Both the position numbers and the translations under genes were made by a program. A DNA stretch of 64,000 bases, taken from an uncultured Thermoleophilia bacterium (GTDB lineage Bacteria > Actinomycetota > Thermoleophilia > Miltoncostaeales > Miltoncostaeaceae). Location: positions 283,570-347,569 of the forward strand of contig CAWIOJ010000003.1 of assembly GCA_963837725.1 (NCBI GenBank). Direction: 5' to 3'. Positions within the stretch are counted from its first letter, which is position 1, and each line of letters starts with the position of its first letter. Positions 13,058 to 23,327 of the stretch are shown in pieces. The notes beneath the pieces were generated by a model. The model made no database searches. It saw only the letters and a program-made list of their open reading frames with translations, and was not told the origin of the DNA.

Positions 13058-14395
13058 GTGACTTCCGAGGAACGCGAGCGACTCGACCAGCTGCTGCGCG
13101 TGCCCAGCGTCAGCGCGCTCCCGGAGCACGCGCCCGACATGGCGCGCGCCGCCGAGCTGGTCGCCGACGAGGTGCGCCGGGCCGGCGGGACCGCCGAGGT
13201 GACGGCCACCGACCGCCACCCGCTGGTGCTGGGCGAGGTGCCCGCCAGCGGCGGCCGCCCGGACGCGCCGCGCGTGATCCTCTACGGCCACTACGACGTG
13301 CAGCCCCCGGGTCCGCCGGAGCTGTGGACCAGTCCGGCGTTCGAGCCGACCGAGCGCGACGGCAATCTCTACGCGCGGGGCGCGAGCGACGACAAGGGCA
13401 ACCTCTTCATGCTGCTCGCGGCGGTGCAGCGCCTGGCCGCCGCCGGCGAGCTGCCGGTGCGGGCCGCCTTCGTGGTGGAGGGGGAGGAGGAGAGCGGCGG
13501 CACCTCGGCGCTCGACCACTTCGCCGCCGACGCGGCCCCGGCCCTGGCGGCGATCATCTTCGACAGCCCCATGATCGCCCCGGGCCGCCCGGCGATCTGC
13601 ACCGGGGTGCGCGGCATGGTGTACCGGCGCGTCACCGTGCGCACCGCCGGGGGCGACGCGCACAGCGGGTTGTTCGGCGGCGCCGCCCTCAACGCGGCGC
13701 ACGCCCTGCTGCGCGTCATCGACGCCGTGGCTCCCCACGAGGGACGCCTGCCCGCGCCCCTCTACGCCGGCGTGGCCCCGGCCGGTCCGTCGGAGGTCGC
13801 CGCGTGGGACGAGCTGCCGCCGGGCGCCGAGGCGCTGGCGTCCGCGGGCCTGCGCCCGGCCGACGCGGGCGCGGCGGAGGGCTTCTACCAGCGCACGCTG
13901 GCCTCGCCGTCGCTCGACGTCCACGGGCTGGCGGCCGGCGAGCCGACCGCGGTCAAGACCAACATCCCGGGCTCGGCCACCGCGACCCTCTCGCTGCGGC
14001 TGGCGCCCGGCCAGAACGCGGAGCGGATCGCCGCGACCCTCGACGAGCTGCTGCGGGCGGCAGCCCCCGCGGGGGCCGAGCTGACGATCGAGGATCTCGG
14101 GGTCGCCCTGCCCGCCGCGCTCGATCCGGAGCACCCGGTGCTGGTGGCGGCCGCGGAGGGCATCGAGCGAGGCACCGGCTGGCGCCCCGCCCCCGTGCGC
14201 CTGGGCGGCACGCTGCCGGTGGTGGCCGTGCTGGCGGCCAAGGGCATCCCCACCATCCTCACCGGCTTCGGGCTGCCCGACGACGCCATCCACGCGCCGG
14301 ACGAGCATCTGCGCGTCGAGTACCTGGAGACCGGGACGCGGGCGGCCATGGGCCTGCTGGCGGCGCTCGGCGAACGCACGACGGAAGGCGCGTAG
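13058..14395 (+). CDS. M20/M25/M40 family metallopeptidase (dipeptidase)
   Basis: YGHYDVQP, ARGASDDKG, EGEEESG, HSGLFGG, HAPDE. Confidence 0.92.
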   Translation: MTSEERERLDQLLRVPSVSALPEHAPDMARAAELVADEVRRAGGTAEVTATDRHPLVLGEVPASGGRPDAPRVILYGHYDVQPPGPPELWTSPAFEPTERDGNLYARGASDDKGNLFMLLAAVQRLAAAGELPVRAAFVVEGEEESGGTSALDHFAADAAPALAAIIFDSPMIAPGRPAICTGVRGMVYRRVTVRTAGGDAHSGLFGGAALNAAHALLRVIDAVAPHEGRLPAPLYAGVAPAGPSEVAAWDELPPGAEALASAGLRPADAGAAEGFYQRTLASPSLDVHGLAAGEPTAVKTNIPGSATATLSLRLAPGQNAERIAATLDELLRAAAPAGAELTIEDLGVALPAALDPEHPVLVAAAEGIERGTGWRPAPVRLGGTLPVVAVLAAKGIPTILTGFGLPDDAIHAPDEHLRVEYLETGTRAAMGLLAALGERTTEGA

Positions 14396-14397
14396 AC

Positions 14398-15807
14398 GTG
14401 GCGAGATCGGTGCTGACCCCCCGCGGGGAGGACTTCCCCGCCTGGTACCAGGACGTGCTGGCCAAGGCCGAGCTGGCCGAGAACGGACCGGTGCGCGGCA
14501 CCATGGTCATCCGCCCCTGGGCCTACGCCATCTGGGAGCGCATCCAGGCCGCGCTCGACGTGCGCATCAAGGCCGCCGGCGCCGAGAACGCCTACTTCCC
14601 GCTCTTCATCCCCGAGAGCTACCTGCGCCGCGAGGCCCAGCACGTCGAGGGCTTCGCCCCCGAGCTCGCCGTGGTGACCCACGGCGGCGGCAAGCTGCTC
14701 GAGGAGCCGGTGGTGGTGCGGCCGACCAGCGAGACGGTGATCGGCGAGTACATGGCCAAGTGGATCCAGAGCTACCGCGACCTGCCGCTGCTGCTCAACC
14801 AGTGGGCCAACGTGGTGCGCTGGGAGCTGCGCCCGCGGATCTTCCTGCGGACCACCGAGTTCCTCTGGCAGGAGGGGCACACCGCCCACGCCGACGAGGC
14901 CGACGCGGCCGCGTACGCCGAGCGCATCCATCTCGAGGTGTACCGCGACTTCCTGCGCAACGAGCTGGCCGCACCCGTGCTGGTGGGCCGCAAGACCGCC
15001 CGCGAGCGGTTCGCCGGGGCCACCAACACCCTCACGTGCGAGGGGATGATGGGCGACGGCAAGGCGCTGCAGATGGCCACCAGCCACGAGCTGGGCCAGA
15101 ACTTCGCGAAGGCCTTCGACATCCTCTTCCTGGGCCCGGACAAGGTGCAGCACCACGCCTGGACCACCTCATGGGGGTCGTCGACGCGCGTGGTGGGCGG
15201 GCTGATCATGATGCACGGCGACGACAGCGGGCTGCGCGTGCCGCCGCGCCTGGCGCCCTCCGAGGTGATCGTGCTGCCCGTGCGCGAGAAGGACGAGGGC
15301 CTGGTGGCCGAGGCCCACGCGGTGGCCGCGGACCTCGCCGGCGCCGGACTGCGCGTGCGCGTCGACGCGTCGGCGCAGTCGTTCGGCCGCCGCGTCATCG
15401 ACTGGGAGCTGAAGGGCGCACCGGTGCGCGTGGAGCTCGGCCCGCGCGACCTGGCCGAGGGCGTGGTGACGCTCGCGCGGCGCGACACCTCCGAGAAGGC
15501 CACGGTCCCGCGCGACGGGGTGGCCGCGGCGGCCCGCGACCTGCTGGCCGACATCCAGGCCAACCTGCTCGCCGAGGCCGAGGCCTCCCTGGCCGCCCGC
15601 ACCCACGAGGTGACCACCCTGGACGCTGCGATCGAGGCGGCCGCGACCGGCTTCGCGCGTCTGCCGTGGGCGCGGGTCGGCGCCGACGGGGAGGACGCCC
15701 TCGCCAAGCACAGCCTCAGCGTGCGCTGCATCCAGCGCGCCGACGGCAGCCTGCCGGCCTCCGACGACGAGCCCGACCTCGTCTGCGTGGTGGCCCGCTC
15801 CTACTGA
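14398..15807 (+). CDS. proS: Proline--tRNA ligase (archaeal/eukaryotic type)
   Basis: DFPAWYQDV, VRPTSET, QWANVVRWELR, FLRTTEFLWQEGHTAH, C-terminal ARSY. Confidence 0.95.
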   Translation: MARSVLTPRGEDFPAWYQDVLAKAELAENGPVRGTMVIRPWAYAIWERIQAALDVRIKAAGAENAYFPLFIPESYLRREAQHVEGFAPELAVVTHGGGKLLEEPVVVRPTSETVIGEYMAKWIQSYRDLPLLLNQWANVVRWELRPRIFLRTTEFLWQEGHTAHADEADAAAYAERIHLEVYRDFLRNELAAPVLVGRKTARERFAGATNTLTCEGMMGDGKALQMATSHELGQNFAKAFDILFLGPDKVQHHAWTTSWGSSTRVVGGLIMMHGDDSGLRVPPRLAPSEVIVLPVREKDEGLVAEAHAVAADLAGAGLRVRVDASAQSFGRRVIDWELKGAPVRVELGPRDLAEGVVTLARRDTSEKATVPRDGVAAAARDLLADIQANLLAEAEASLAARTHEVTTLDAAIEAAATGFARLPWARVGADGEDALAKHSLSVRCIQRADGSLPASDDEPDLVCVVARSY

Positions 15808-15884
15808 CGCCGGGTGCGGGCGCGCGATCGGCTGTAGGCTTGCCCGTTGGCTGCATGTTTCCGGAGTCTTTCGAAGGGGGTCAG

Positions 15885-17198
15885 ATGGCGGAGCTTTGGG
15901 GCGGGGAGACCCGCAAGGCGGTTGAGAATTTCCCGGTGTCCGGGGAGCGCGTGCCGATTCCCGTGGTGCGCTGGCTCGGCCGGATCAAGGGCGCCGCGGC
16001 GCGGGTGAACGCCGACCTGGGCCTGCTGGACCCCGCGGTCGCCGAGCGGATCGCCGCCGCGGGCGACGCGATCGCCGCGGGTGAGCACGACGACCAGTTC
16101 CCGATCGACGTCTTCCAGACCGGGTCGGGCACCTCGTCGAACATGAACGCCAACGAGGTGATCGCCAACCTGGCGGGCGACGGCGCCCACGCCAACGACC
16201 ACGTCAACATGGGGCAGAGCTCCAACGACGTGTTCCCGTCGGCGGTCCACGCCGCGGCGCTCCAGGAGATCGTGGAGAAGCTGCTCCCGGCGCTCGACCA
16301 CCTCGGCGACGCGTTCGCCGCGAAGGCCGACGAGTTCGCCGACATCGTCAAGGCCGGCCGCACGCACCTGATGGACGCGGTGCCGGTCACCCTCGGCCAG
16401 GAGTTCGGTGGCTACGCCGCGCAGGTGCGCCAGGGCCGCGACCGCGTCGCCGACACCACCAAGCGCCTCGGCCAGCTGCCGCTCGGCGGCACCGCCGCCG
16501 GCACGGGCCTCAACACGCACGCCGAGTTCGCCGAGCGGGTGCGCGCGCGCCTGTCGTCGGACACCGGCCTCACCCTGTCGGCCCCGGCCGACCCGTTCGA
16601 GGCGCAGGGCGCCCGCGACGGCCTGGTCGAGGTCTCCGGCGCGCTGAAGGTGGTCGCGGTCTCCCTGACCAAGATCGCCAACGACATCGCCTGGCTGGGC
16701 TCCGGCCCGCGCTGCGGCCTGAGCGAGATCTTCCTGCCCGAGCTCCAGAAGGGCTCGTCGATCATGCCGGGCAAGGTCAACCCGGTGATCCCCGAGGTCG
16801 TGATGCAGGTCTCGGCCCAGGTGATCGGCAACGACACGGCGATCACCATCGGTGGCCTGCAGGGCAACTTCGAGCTCAACGTGCGCATCCCGCTGCTCGC
16901 GCGCAACCTGCTCGGATCGATCCACCTGCTCAGCACCACGAGCCGGCTGTTCGCCGACAAGTGCGTGTCGGGCATCGAGCCCAACCTGCAGGGCCTCGCC
17001 GACCACGCCGAGGGGACGCTGGCGGTGGCCACCGCCCTCAACCCGTACATCGGCTACGACAAGGCGGCGGCGATCGTGAAGGAGGCGACGTCCTCCGGCC
17101 GTCAGCTGCGCGAGGTCGCCCGCGAGCACGGCGTCGAGGAGTCGGTGCTCGACGAGGCGCTCAACCTGAGGGTGATCGCGGCGGGCAGCTCCGCCTAG
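15885..17198 (+). CDS. fumC: Class II fumarate hydratase
   Basis: FQTGSGTSSNMNANEV, GRTHLMDAVP, GSSIMPGKVNP. Confidence 0.93.
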   Translation: MAELWGGETRKAVENFPVSGERVPIPVVRWLGRIKGAAARVNADLGLLDPAVAERIAAAGDAIAAGEHDDQFPIDVFQTGSGTSSNMNANEVIANLAGDGAHANDHVNMGQSSNDVFPSAVHAAALQEIVEKLLPALDHLGDAFAAKADEFADIVKAGRTHLMDAVPVTLGQEFGGYAAQVRQGRDRVADTTKRLGQLPLGGTAAGTGLNTHAEFAERVRARLSSDTGLTLSAPADPFEAQGARDGLVEVSGALKVVAVSLTKIANDIAWLGSGPRCGLSEIFLPELQKGSSIMPGKVNPVIPEVVMQVSAQVIGNDTAITIGGLQGNFELNVRIPLLARNLLGSIHLLSTTSRLFADKCVSGIEPNLQGLADHAEGTLAVATALNPYIGYDKAAAIVKEATSSGRQLREVAREHGVEESVLDEALNLRVIAAGSSA

Positions 17199-17210
17199 AC
17201 GCCCGGCGTC

Positions 17211-17247
17211 ACCCGGCCGTGGAGGGCGGGATCCTCTGCGGCCGGGT
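17211..17247. terminator. GC-rich hairpin between convergent fumC and PPOX genes
   Basis: ACCCGGCCGTGGAGG-loop-CCTCTGCGGCCGGGT. Confidence 0.6.
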
Positions 17248-17252
17248 CGTCG

Positions 17253-17681
17253 TCAGTCCGCGACGCCCACCTCGGTCACCATGTGCGCCGGGGGCAGGCG
17301 GACGAGCATCTCGCCGGGCACGGCGTTGCGCCGGCCGTAGCCCTCGGCCTGCTCCTCGCCCATGTAGCGGGCGGCGATTCGGGTTGACCACTCGAGCATG
17401 ACGGCGAGATCCTCGCTCAGCACGACCTCTCCGTCGACGCGCACGTAGGCGAAGGGCGGCGCCTCGTCGTCGACCACCAGCGAGGCGCGCGGATCGCGGC
17501 GCAGGTTGCGCCCCTTCACCGTCGTCGCACCGGTCATGAAGATCAGGTCGTCGCCGTCGAGCACGAACCAGATCGGCTGGACGTGGGGGCGGCCGTCGGG
17601 GCGCACCGTGGCCAGCTTGCCGGTGCGAGTGCCGAAGGAGAGGAACGCCCGCCTCTCCTCGGCAACCATCTCCCGGCTCAC
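17253..17681 (-). CDS. PPOX-class putative F420-dependent oxidoreductase
   Basis: [37 protein letters not shown]; GTG overlaps the panB stop. Confidence 0.88.
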   Translation of the reverse strand: MSREMVAEERRAFLSFGTRTGKLATVRPDGRPHVQPIWFVLDGDDLIFMTGATTVKGRNLRRDPRASLVVDDEAPPFAYVRVDGEVVLSEDLAVMLEWSTRIAARYMGEEQAEGYGRRNAVPGEMLVRLPPAHMVTEVGVAD

Positions 17682-18485
17682 ACCGCCCGCTTGACCGGCA
17701 GCACCTCGGGCCCGCGCACGTCTTCGGCGAAGGCGCGGGCCGCGTCGACGATGATCGCGTGCACGTTGGCGCGCGGCTTGACGAACCGGGGCGGGTTGGG
17801 CAGCAGCCCGATCAGGTCGGTCGACACCAGCACCTGGCCGTCGCACTCCTGGCCGGCGGCGATGCCGATCGTGGGGCAGGCCACCTCGCGGGTGATGCGC
17901 GCCGCCAGCTCGGCCGGCACGGCCTCGATGACGATCGCGTAGCACCCGGCCGCGTCGAGCGCGCGGGCCTCGGCGGCGATCCGGTCGGCCTCCTCGGGGG
18001 TCGTGCCCTCGCGGCGGTACACCTGCGGCCGTCTGGGGCAGCAGTCCGACATGGCCCATCACCGGGATGCCGGCGGCGATGATCGCGCTCACCTGGGGGG
18101 TGAGGCCGCCCTCGAGCTTCACCGAGTCGGCGCCGGCCTCCACCAGCAGCCGCGCGTTGACGACGGCCTCGTCCGGGGTGGCGTAGGTGCCCGCGCTCAG
18201 GTCGGCGCAGACGTGCGTGGCGGTGACGCCGTTGCGGACGGCGCGGACGTGGTGGAGCATCATCTCCAGCGACACGGCGCGCGTGGTGTCGTAGCCCAGC
18301 TCGACCTCGGCGAGGCTGTCGCCCACCAGCAGGATGTCGAGACCGGCGGCGTCCAGCGCGACCGCCATCGGGTAGTCGTAGGCGGTCAGCATCGCGAGCG
18401 GCGCGCCGCCCTTGCGGGCGCGCAGGGCGTCGGCCGACAGGCCGCCGTGCGGGGCGTGGGTCGTGGTGCCCGTGCCGTAGGTCAT
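17678..18485 (-). CDS. panB: 3-methyl-2-oxobutanoate hydroxymethyltransferase (frameshift)
   Basis: [47 protein letters not shown]. Confidence 0.93.
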
Positions 18486-18487
18486 GG

Positions 18488-18890
18488 CTACTGCTCCCAG
18501 GAGACGGGGAAGACGCCCTCGAGCGCGACGACGTCGACCTGCCGGTTGCCGGCGTCCACGTGGACGACGTTGGGGACGAAGCCGTCGAGGTCGGCCTCGT
18601 CGTACTGCGCGTAGGTGATCACGATCACCAGGTCGCCCGGCTGGGCGAGGCGCGCGGCCGCGCCGTTGAGACAGATGTCGCCGGCGCCCGGCCGGTCCCT
18701 CGATCGCGTAGGTCTCGAAGCGCGCGCCGGTGTTGATGTTGAGCACCACCACCTGCTCGTAGGCGCGGATGTCCGCAGCATCGAGCAGATCGCGGTCGAC
18801 CGTGATGCTCCCGACGTAGTTCAGGTTGGCGTCGGTGACGGTGGCGCGGTGGATCTTGCTCTTCATCATCGTGCGGGTGCGAGGCGGCAC
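18488..18890 (-). CDS. panD: Aspartate 1-decarboxylase (frameshift)
   Basis: [41 protein letters not shown]. Confidence 0.93.
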
Positions 18891-19817
18891 GTGGGCCCTC
18901 CGGGAGGTGGTGGGGAGTGGGTGGTTGTCGATCAGCCGAACCGGCCCGACGCGGGCCGCGAGCACGAGGAGGGCGTCCCCCTCGAGGGTGGTCAGGGGGG
19001 AGAAGGTGACGGGGTCGACGACGGTGGCGTACTCGAGGGCGCACCGGGGCTCGGCGGCGATCACGGCCCGCGCCGCGTCCTCGATGAGGGCCGCGTCGCG
19101 CTCGCCCTCCGCGGCGAGGGCATCGGCGGCGCGCAGGGCGCGGGAGAGGGTCACCGCCGCAGCGCGATCCTCGGCGTCGAGGTAGGCGTTGCGGCTGCTC
19201 ATCGCCAGGCCGTCGCTCTCACGGGCGATCGGCCCGACGACCAGCTCGATGTCGTCCAGGTGCAGGTCGGTCATCAGCCGGCGGACGACCGCCACCTGCT
19301 GGGCGTCCTTCTGACCGAACACCGCGCGGTCGGGGCGCACCGCCAGCAGCAGCTTGGCGACGACGGTCGCGACGCCGCCGAAGTGGTGGGGCCGCGACGC
19401 GCCCTCGAGGCCGTCGCTGGGCCCGGAGACCGTGATCGCCGTGCCGAAGCCGTCCGGGTACATCTCGCCGGGCCCGGGAGCGAACACCAGATCCACGCCG
19501 ACCCCGGCGGCCAGCTCCAGGTCGCGGGCCTCGTCGCGCGGGTACCGGGAGAGGTCCTCGGTGGGCGCGAACTGGGTCGGGTTGACGAAGAGCGTCACCA
19601 CGACGGCGTACCCGTCGGCGGCGGCGAGGCGCATCAGCCCCAGATGGCCCTCGTGGAAGGCGCCCATGGTCGGAACGACCGCGATACGTCGGCCGGCGGC
19701 GCGGAGGGCGGCCACCTCGTGGCGCAGCGCGTCCACCGTGCGGACGACGGTCGGCGACTGCGGCGGGAGTGGGGGGCGGGATTCGGGCATGCGGGGCCGC
19801 ACCGCGTCGACGGACAC
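18891..19817 (-). CDS. panC: Pantoate--beta-alanine ligase
   Basis: [52 protein letters not shown]; reads in frame into panD. Confidence 0.93.
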
Positions 19818-19979
19818 GCGAACGCGGCCACTCGATGGCCGGTTCTCCGTCGTCTCTGCTCCAACTCCCGAGAGGGATGCCGGGCCGTACGCGGACGGTT
19901 CGCCGAGTGTAACGCCACGTCACATTTCCCGCCAGCCCCCGGCGGCGACGGCCGAGCCGCCCGGTAGCCTGAGGAGGCG

Positions 19980-20652
19980 ATGTCGGACGCCACCGACCGC
20001 ACGGCGGCTCTCCAGGCCTACACCCGCGACGAGGTCGTCGACTGCACGCGCTGCGCCCTCGCCGAGGGGCGCACCCAGGTGGTGGTGGGCAACGGCGACC
20101 CGACCTCCGACCTGATGTTCGTGGGGGAGGCCCCGGGCTATCACGAGGACCGCCTCGGAGTCCCCTTCGTCGGCGCCTCGGGCAAGCTGCTGACCACTCT
20201 GCTGGAGGGCATCGGCCTCACGCCGCGAGGACGTCTTCGTCGCCAACGTCCTCAAGTGCCGGCCGCCCGGCAACCGCGATCCGCTGCCCGATGAGATCCG
20301 CTCCTGCGAGCCGCACCTGTTCACGCAGATCTCGCTGATCCGCCCCACGCTGATCTGCACGCTCGGCAACTTCGCGACCAAGCTCCTCTCCGGGCGCCCG
20401 GACGGGATCTCGCGGGTCCACGGCCACCCGCTCGGCATCGAGGTGGGCGGCCTGCCGGTGACGCTGTACCCGCTCTTCCACCCGGCCGCGGCGCTCTACG
20501 CGCGGGCCACGCTGAGCACGCTGGAGGAGGACTTCGCGCGCATCCCCGGTCTGCTGGGCACCACGCCGGCGCCCGAGCCCGTCGTCGCTGAGCCCCCGCC
20601 GCCTCCGGCCGTGGTCGCCGATCAGGGCGACCCGCAGCTCGGGCTGTTTTGA
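19980..20652 (+). CDS. Uracil-DNA glycosylase family 4 (frameshift)
   Basis: CTRCAL, FVGEAPG, PFVGASG, NVLKCRPPGNR, FHPAAAL. Confidence 0.9.
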
Positions 20653-21176
20653 GCCCGGCCGAGGCGCCGCTCACCTGGGAGAGCGACGGCCCGCCGTCCA
20701 CCGAGGCCCTCGGAGGGGTGCTCGCCGGGTGGCTCGCGCCGGGCGACCTGGTGCTGCTGCGGGGCGACCTCGGGGCGGGCAAGACCACCCTGGTGCGGGC
20801 GATCGCCCACGCTCTCGGGGTGCGCGGGCCGATCACCAGCCCGACGTTCACGGTCGCCCAGCGCTACCAGGGCGACGTCGCCGTGACCCACCTGGACGCC
20901 TACCGCCTGGGCGGTCCCGACGACGAGGACGCCGACCTGCTGCGGGCCGCCGTGGGGGACGACGCGATCGCCTTCGTGGAGTGGCCCGACGTGATCCTGC
21001 CGGCGCTGCCGCCGGCCCGTCTGGAGGTGGAACTGCAGCACGGGGGCGGCGACCGTCGACTGGTACTGTTGAGCCCCCGAGATCCGGATGGCCGCTCCGA
21101 TCTCGCCGCCCGCCTTGCTGACCTTCGCGCTCGATACCGCAACCGCGAGCCCGAGCCTGGCTCTCGTTCGGGATGA
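20649..21176 (+). CDS. tsaE: t6A biosynthesis ATPase TsaE
   Basis: LRGDLGAGKTT, ITSPTFT, HLDAYRL, FVEWP. Confidence 0.93.
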   Translation: MSPAEAPLTWESDGPPSTEALGGVLAGWLAPGDLVLLRGDLGAGKTTLVRAIAHALGVRGPITSPTFTVAQRYQGDVAVTHLDAYRLGGPDDEDADLLRAAVGDDAIAFVEWPDVILPALPPARLEVELQHGGGDRRLVLLSPRDPDGRSDLAARLADLRARYRNREPEPGSRSG

Positions 21177-21807
21177 GGACCCCATCGCCGAGCTGTGGCT
21201 GGCGCCGGAGCCCGGATCGGGCCGCCGGGTGCTCGAGGCGGCCCACGGGCTGCTGGTCTCGGCCGGCCACGAGGTCGCCGACATCGAGGCGATCGTCGTC
21301 GGCGTGGGGCCCGGCGGGTTCACCGGGCTGCGCATCGGCCTGTCGACCGCTCTGGGGCTGGGCCAGGCGCTGCGGGTCCCCGTCACGGGCGCCTCGTCCC
21401 TGGAGGCGCTCGCCCTCGGCATCGCCGGCGAGTTCCCGGACGGCGCGCTGATCGCCCCGATGCTGGACGCCCGCCGCCGTGAGCTGTTCACGGCGGTCTA
21501 CCGCTCCCGCGGGGGCGACCTCGAGCAGCTGGTGGCGCCGGTCGCCATCGCGCCCGAGGCGTTCATCGCCCGGCTGCGGGCCTTCGGCGAGCCGGTCGCC
21601 GTGGGTGGGGAGGGCGTCGCCGCCGCCGGCCCCGAGATCGCCGAGTTCGCGGTGCCGCCGCCCGGCTCGCCGGCCCACCGGCTGTCGGCGGCGGCCCTGG
21701 TGAGACGTGTGCGGGCGGGGGCCGGGGTGCCCGCCCGGCCGGTGTACGCGCGGCTCCCCGACGCCGAGGTGGCCCGCCTCGACGCGATCGCCGCGGCGGG
21801 GGCCTGA
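21115..21807 (+). CDS. tsaB: t6A biosynthesis protein TsaB
   Basis: ALDTAT, VGVGPGGFTGLRIG, LDARRRELF; TTG start assumed. Confidence 0.92.
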   Translation: MLTFALDTATASPSLALVRDEDPIAELWLAPEPGSGRRVLEAAHGLLVSAGHEVADIEAIVVGVGPGGFTGLRIGLSTALGLGQALRVPVTGASSLEALALGIAGEFPDGALIAPMLDARRRELFTAVYRSRGGDLEQLVAPVAIAPEAFIARLRAFGEPVAVGGEGVAAAGPEIAEFAVPPPGSPAHRLSAAALVRRVRAGAGVPARPVYARLPDAEVARLDAIAAAGA

Positions 21808-21810
21808 GCG

Positions 21811-22311
21811 GTGCCCCGGGGCAAGCGCGCGCCCGCGGTCCCCGCGGTGCGCATCCGGCAGATGCACAACCGCGACGTGCCCCAGGTCGTGGTGATCGAG
21901 GCGGCCAGCTCCAACACGCCGTGGACGCGCGCGATGTTCCAGTCGGAGCTCGGGCGCCCCGGCACCATCGACCTGGTCGCCGACCGCGGTGGGGACGTGC
22001 TCGGTTACATCATGGTGTCCCGCTACGCCGACGTCTGGCACATCCTCAACGTGTGCGTCCGCGAGTCCCAGAGGGGCCAGGGCATCGGCGCGCGCCTGCT
22101 GGAGGAGCTGTTCGAGCGGGCCTCCGCCAAGCCCAACCTGGGCTTCACGCTCGAGGTGCGTGTGTCAAACGCGACCGCCATCCGCCTCTATCGTCGCAAG
22201 GGATTCCTGGAGCACGGCATCCGGCCGGGTTACTACTCCGACAACGGCGAGGACGCGATCATCATGTGGCGCGGGGGAGGCCCCGAGGACGCGGTGGGCG
22301 AGAGCGCATGA
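21811..22311 (+). CDS. rimI: Ribosomal protein S18 alanine N-acetyltransferase
   Basis: HILNVCV, RGQGIG, LEVRVSN..AIRLY, RPGYY..NGEDAIIM; lies between tsaB and tsaD. Confidence 0.9.
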   Translation: MPRGKRAPAVPAVRIRQMHNRDVPQVVVIEAASSNTPWTRAMFQSELGRPGTIDLVADRGGDVLGYIMVSRYADVWHILNVCVRESQRGQGIGARLLEELFERASAKPNLGFTLEVRVSNATAIRLYRRKGFLEHGIRPGYYSDNGEDAIIMWRGGGPEDAVGESA

Positions 22312-23327
22312 GCGGCCCGATCCTCGCCATCGAGACCTCGTGCGACGAGACCGCCGCCGCCGTGGTGGCGGGGCGCACGATCCTCTCGAGCGTCGTCGCC
22401 TCCCAGGCCGAGCTGCACACGCCCTACGGAGGCGTGGTCCCCGAGGTCGCCGCGCGCCACCACCTCGGCACGGTCAACGCGGTGATCGACAGCGCCCTGG
22501 AGCGGGCCGGCATCCGCCTCGAGGACGTCGAGTGCGTGGCGGTGACGCAGCGTCCCGGCCTGATCGGCGCCCTGCTGATCGGCGTCGCGACGGCGAAGGC
22601 GATCGCCTATGCGGCGAGAAAGCCCCTGGTGATGGTCGATCATCTCCACGGGCACATCGCGGCATCCTGGCTCGATCCCGTGGCGCTGGACCCCCCGTTC
22701 GTGAGCCTGGTGGCGTCCGGTGGGCACACCCGGCTCGACCTGGTCACCGACCTGCGCCACCCCGTGCCCCTCGGTCAGACGATCGACGACGCCGCGGGCG
22801 AGGCGATCGACAAGGGCGCCCGCCTGCTCGGCCTCGGCTACCCGGGCGGCCCGGCCCTGGAGCGCCTCGCCGCCGACGGCTCGCCGACCTCCCACCGCTT
22901 CCCGGTCGGCCTGCGCGGAGCCGGCCAGCGCGACTTCTCGTTCGCCGGCGTCAAGACGTCGCTGCTCTACGTGGTGCGGGAGCACGAGGAGGCGCTGACC
23001 GAACCCGAGCGCGCCGACCTGGCCGCCTCCTACCAGGAGGCGATCGTGCGCCCGCTGGCCGACCGGCTGATCGCCGCCGCGCTCGACGAGGGCGTTCCTG
23101 CGGTGGCCCTCGGCGGCGGCGTCGCCGCCAACGGCCGCCTGCGCGCGCTGGTGGCCGAGGGCGCCGAGCGGGCGGGGCTGCACCTCGCCGTGCCCGACCG
23201 GTCGCTGTGCACGGACAACGCGGCGATGATCGGGGCCGCCGCGCAGTTCACCGACGTGATCCCGTGGCCCGAGTACCTGGGCATGGACGCCGTGGCCTCC
23301 GCGCCGCCGGGCGGTATCGCGGCGTGA
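22308..23327 (+). CDS. tsaD: t6A transferase TsaD
   Basis: ILAIETSCDETAAA, YGGVVPEVAARHH, SGGHT, DDAAGEA, CTDNAAMIG. Confidence 0.95.
   Translation: MSGPILAIETSCDETAAAVVAGRTILSSVVASQAELHTPYGGVVPEVAARHHLGTVNAVIDSALERAGIRLEDVECVAVTQRPGLIGALLIGVATAKAIAYAARKPLVMVDHLHGHIAASWLDPVALDPPFVSLVASGGHTRLDLVTDLRHPVPLGQTIDDAAGEAIDKGARLLGLGYPGGPALERLAADGSPTSHRFPVGLRGAGQRDFSFAGVKTSLLYVVREHEEALTEPERADLAASYQEAIVRPLADRLIAAALDEGVPAVALGGGVAANGRLRALVAEGAERAGLHLAVPDRSLCTDNAAMIGAAAQFTDVIPWPEYLGMDAVASAPPGGIAA

Noticed and set aside
17253-19817. 854-aa PanC-PanD-PanB-PPOX polyprotein
   Set aside because: Parts of panD and panB are out of frame within it, so it is a product of compensating indels. Only the panC-panD junction is kept as a finding.
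19818-19911. Possible pan RNA motif in the panC leader (after a minus-strand TACACT)
   Set aside because: Only short hairpins are visible and I cannot match the consensus by eye; needs an Rfam search.
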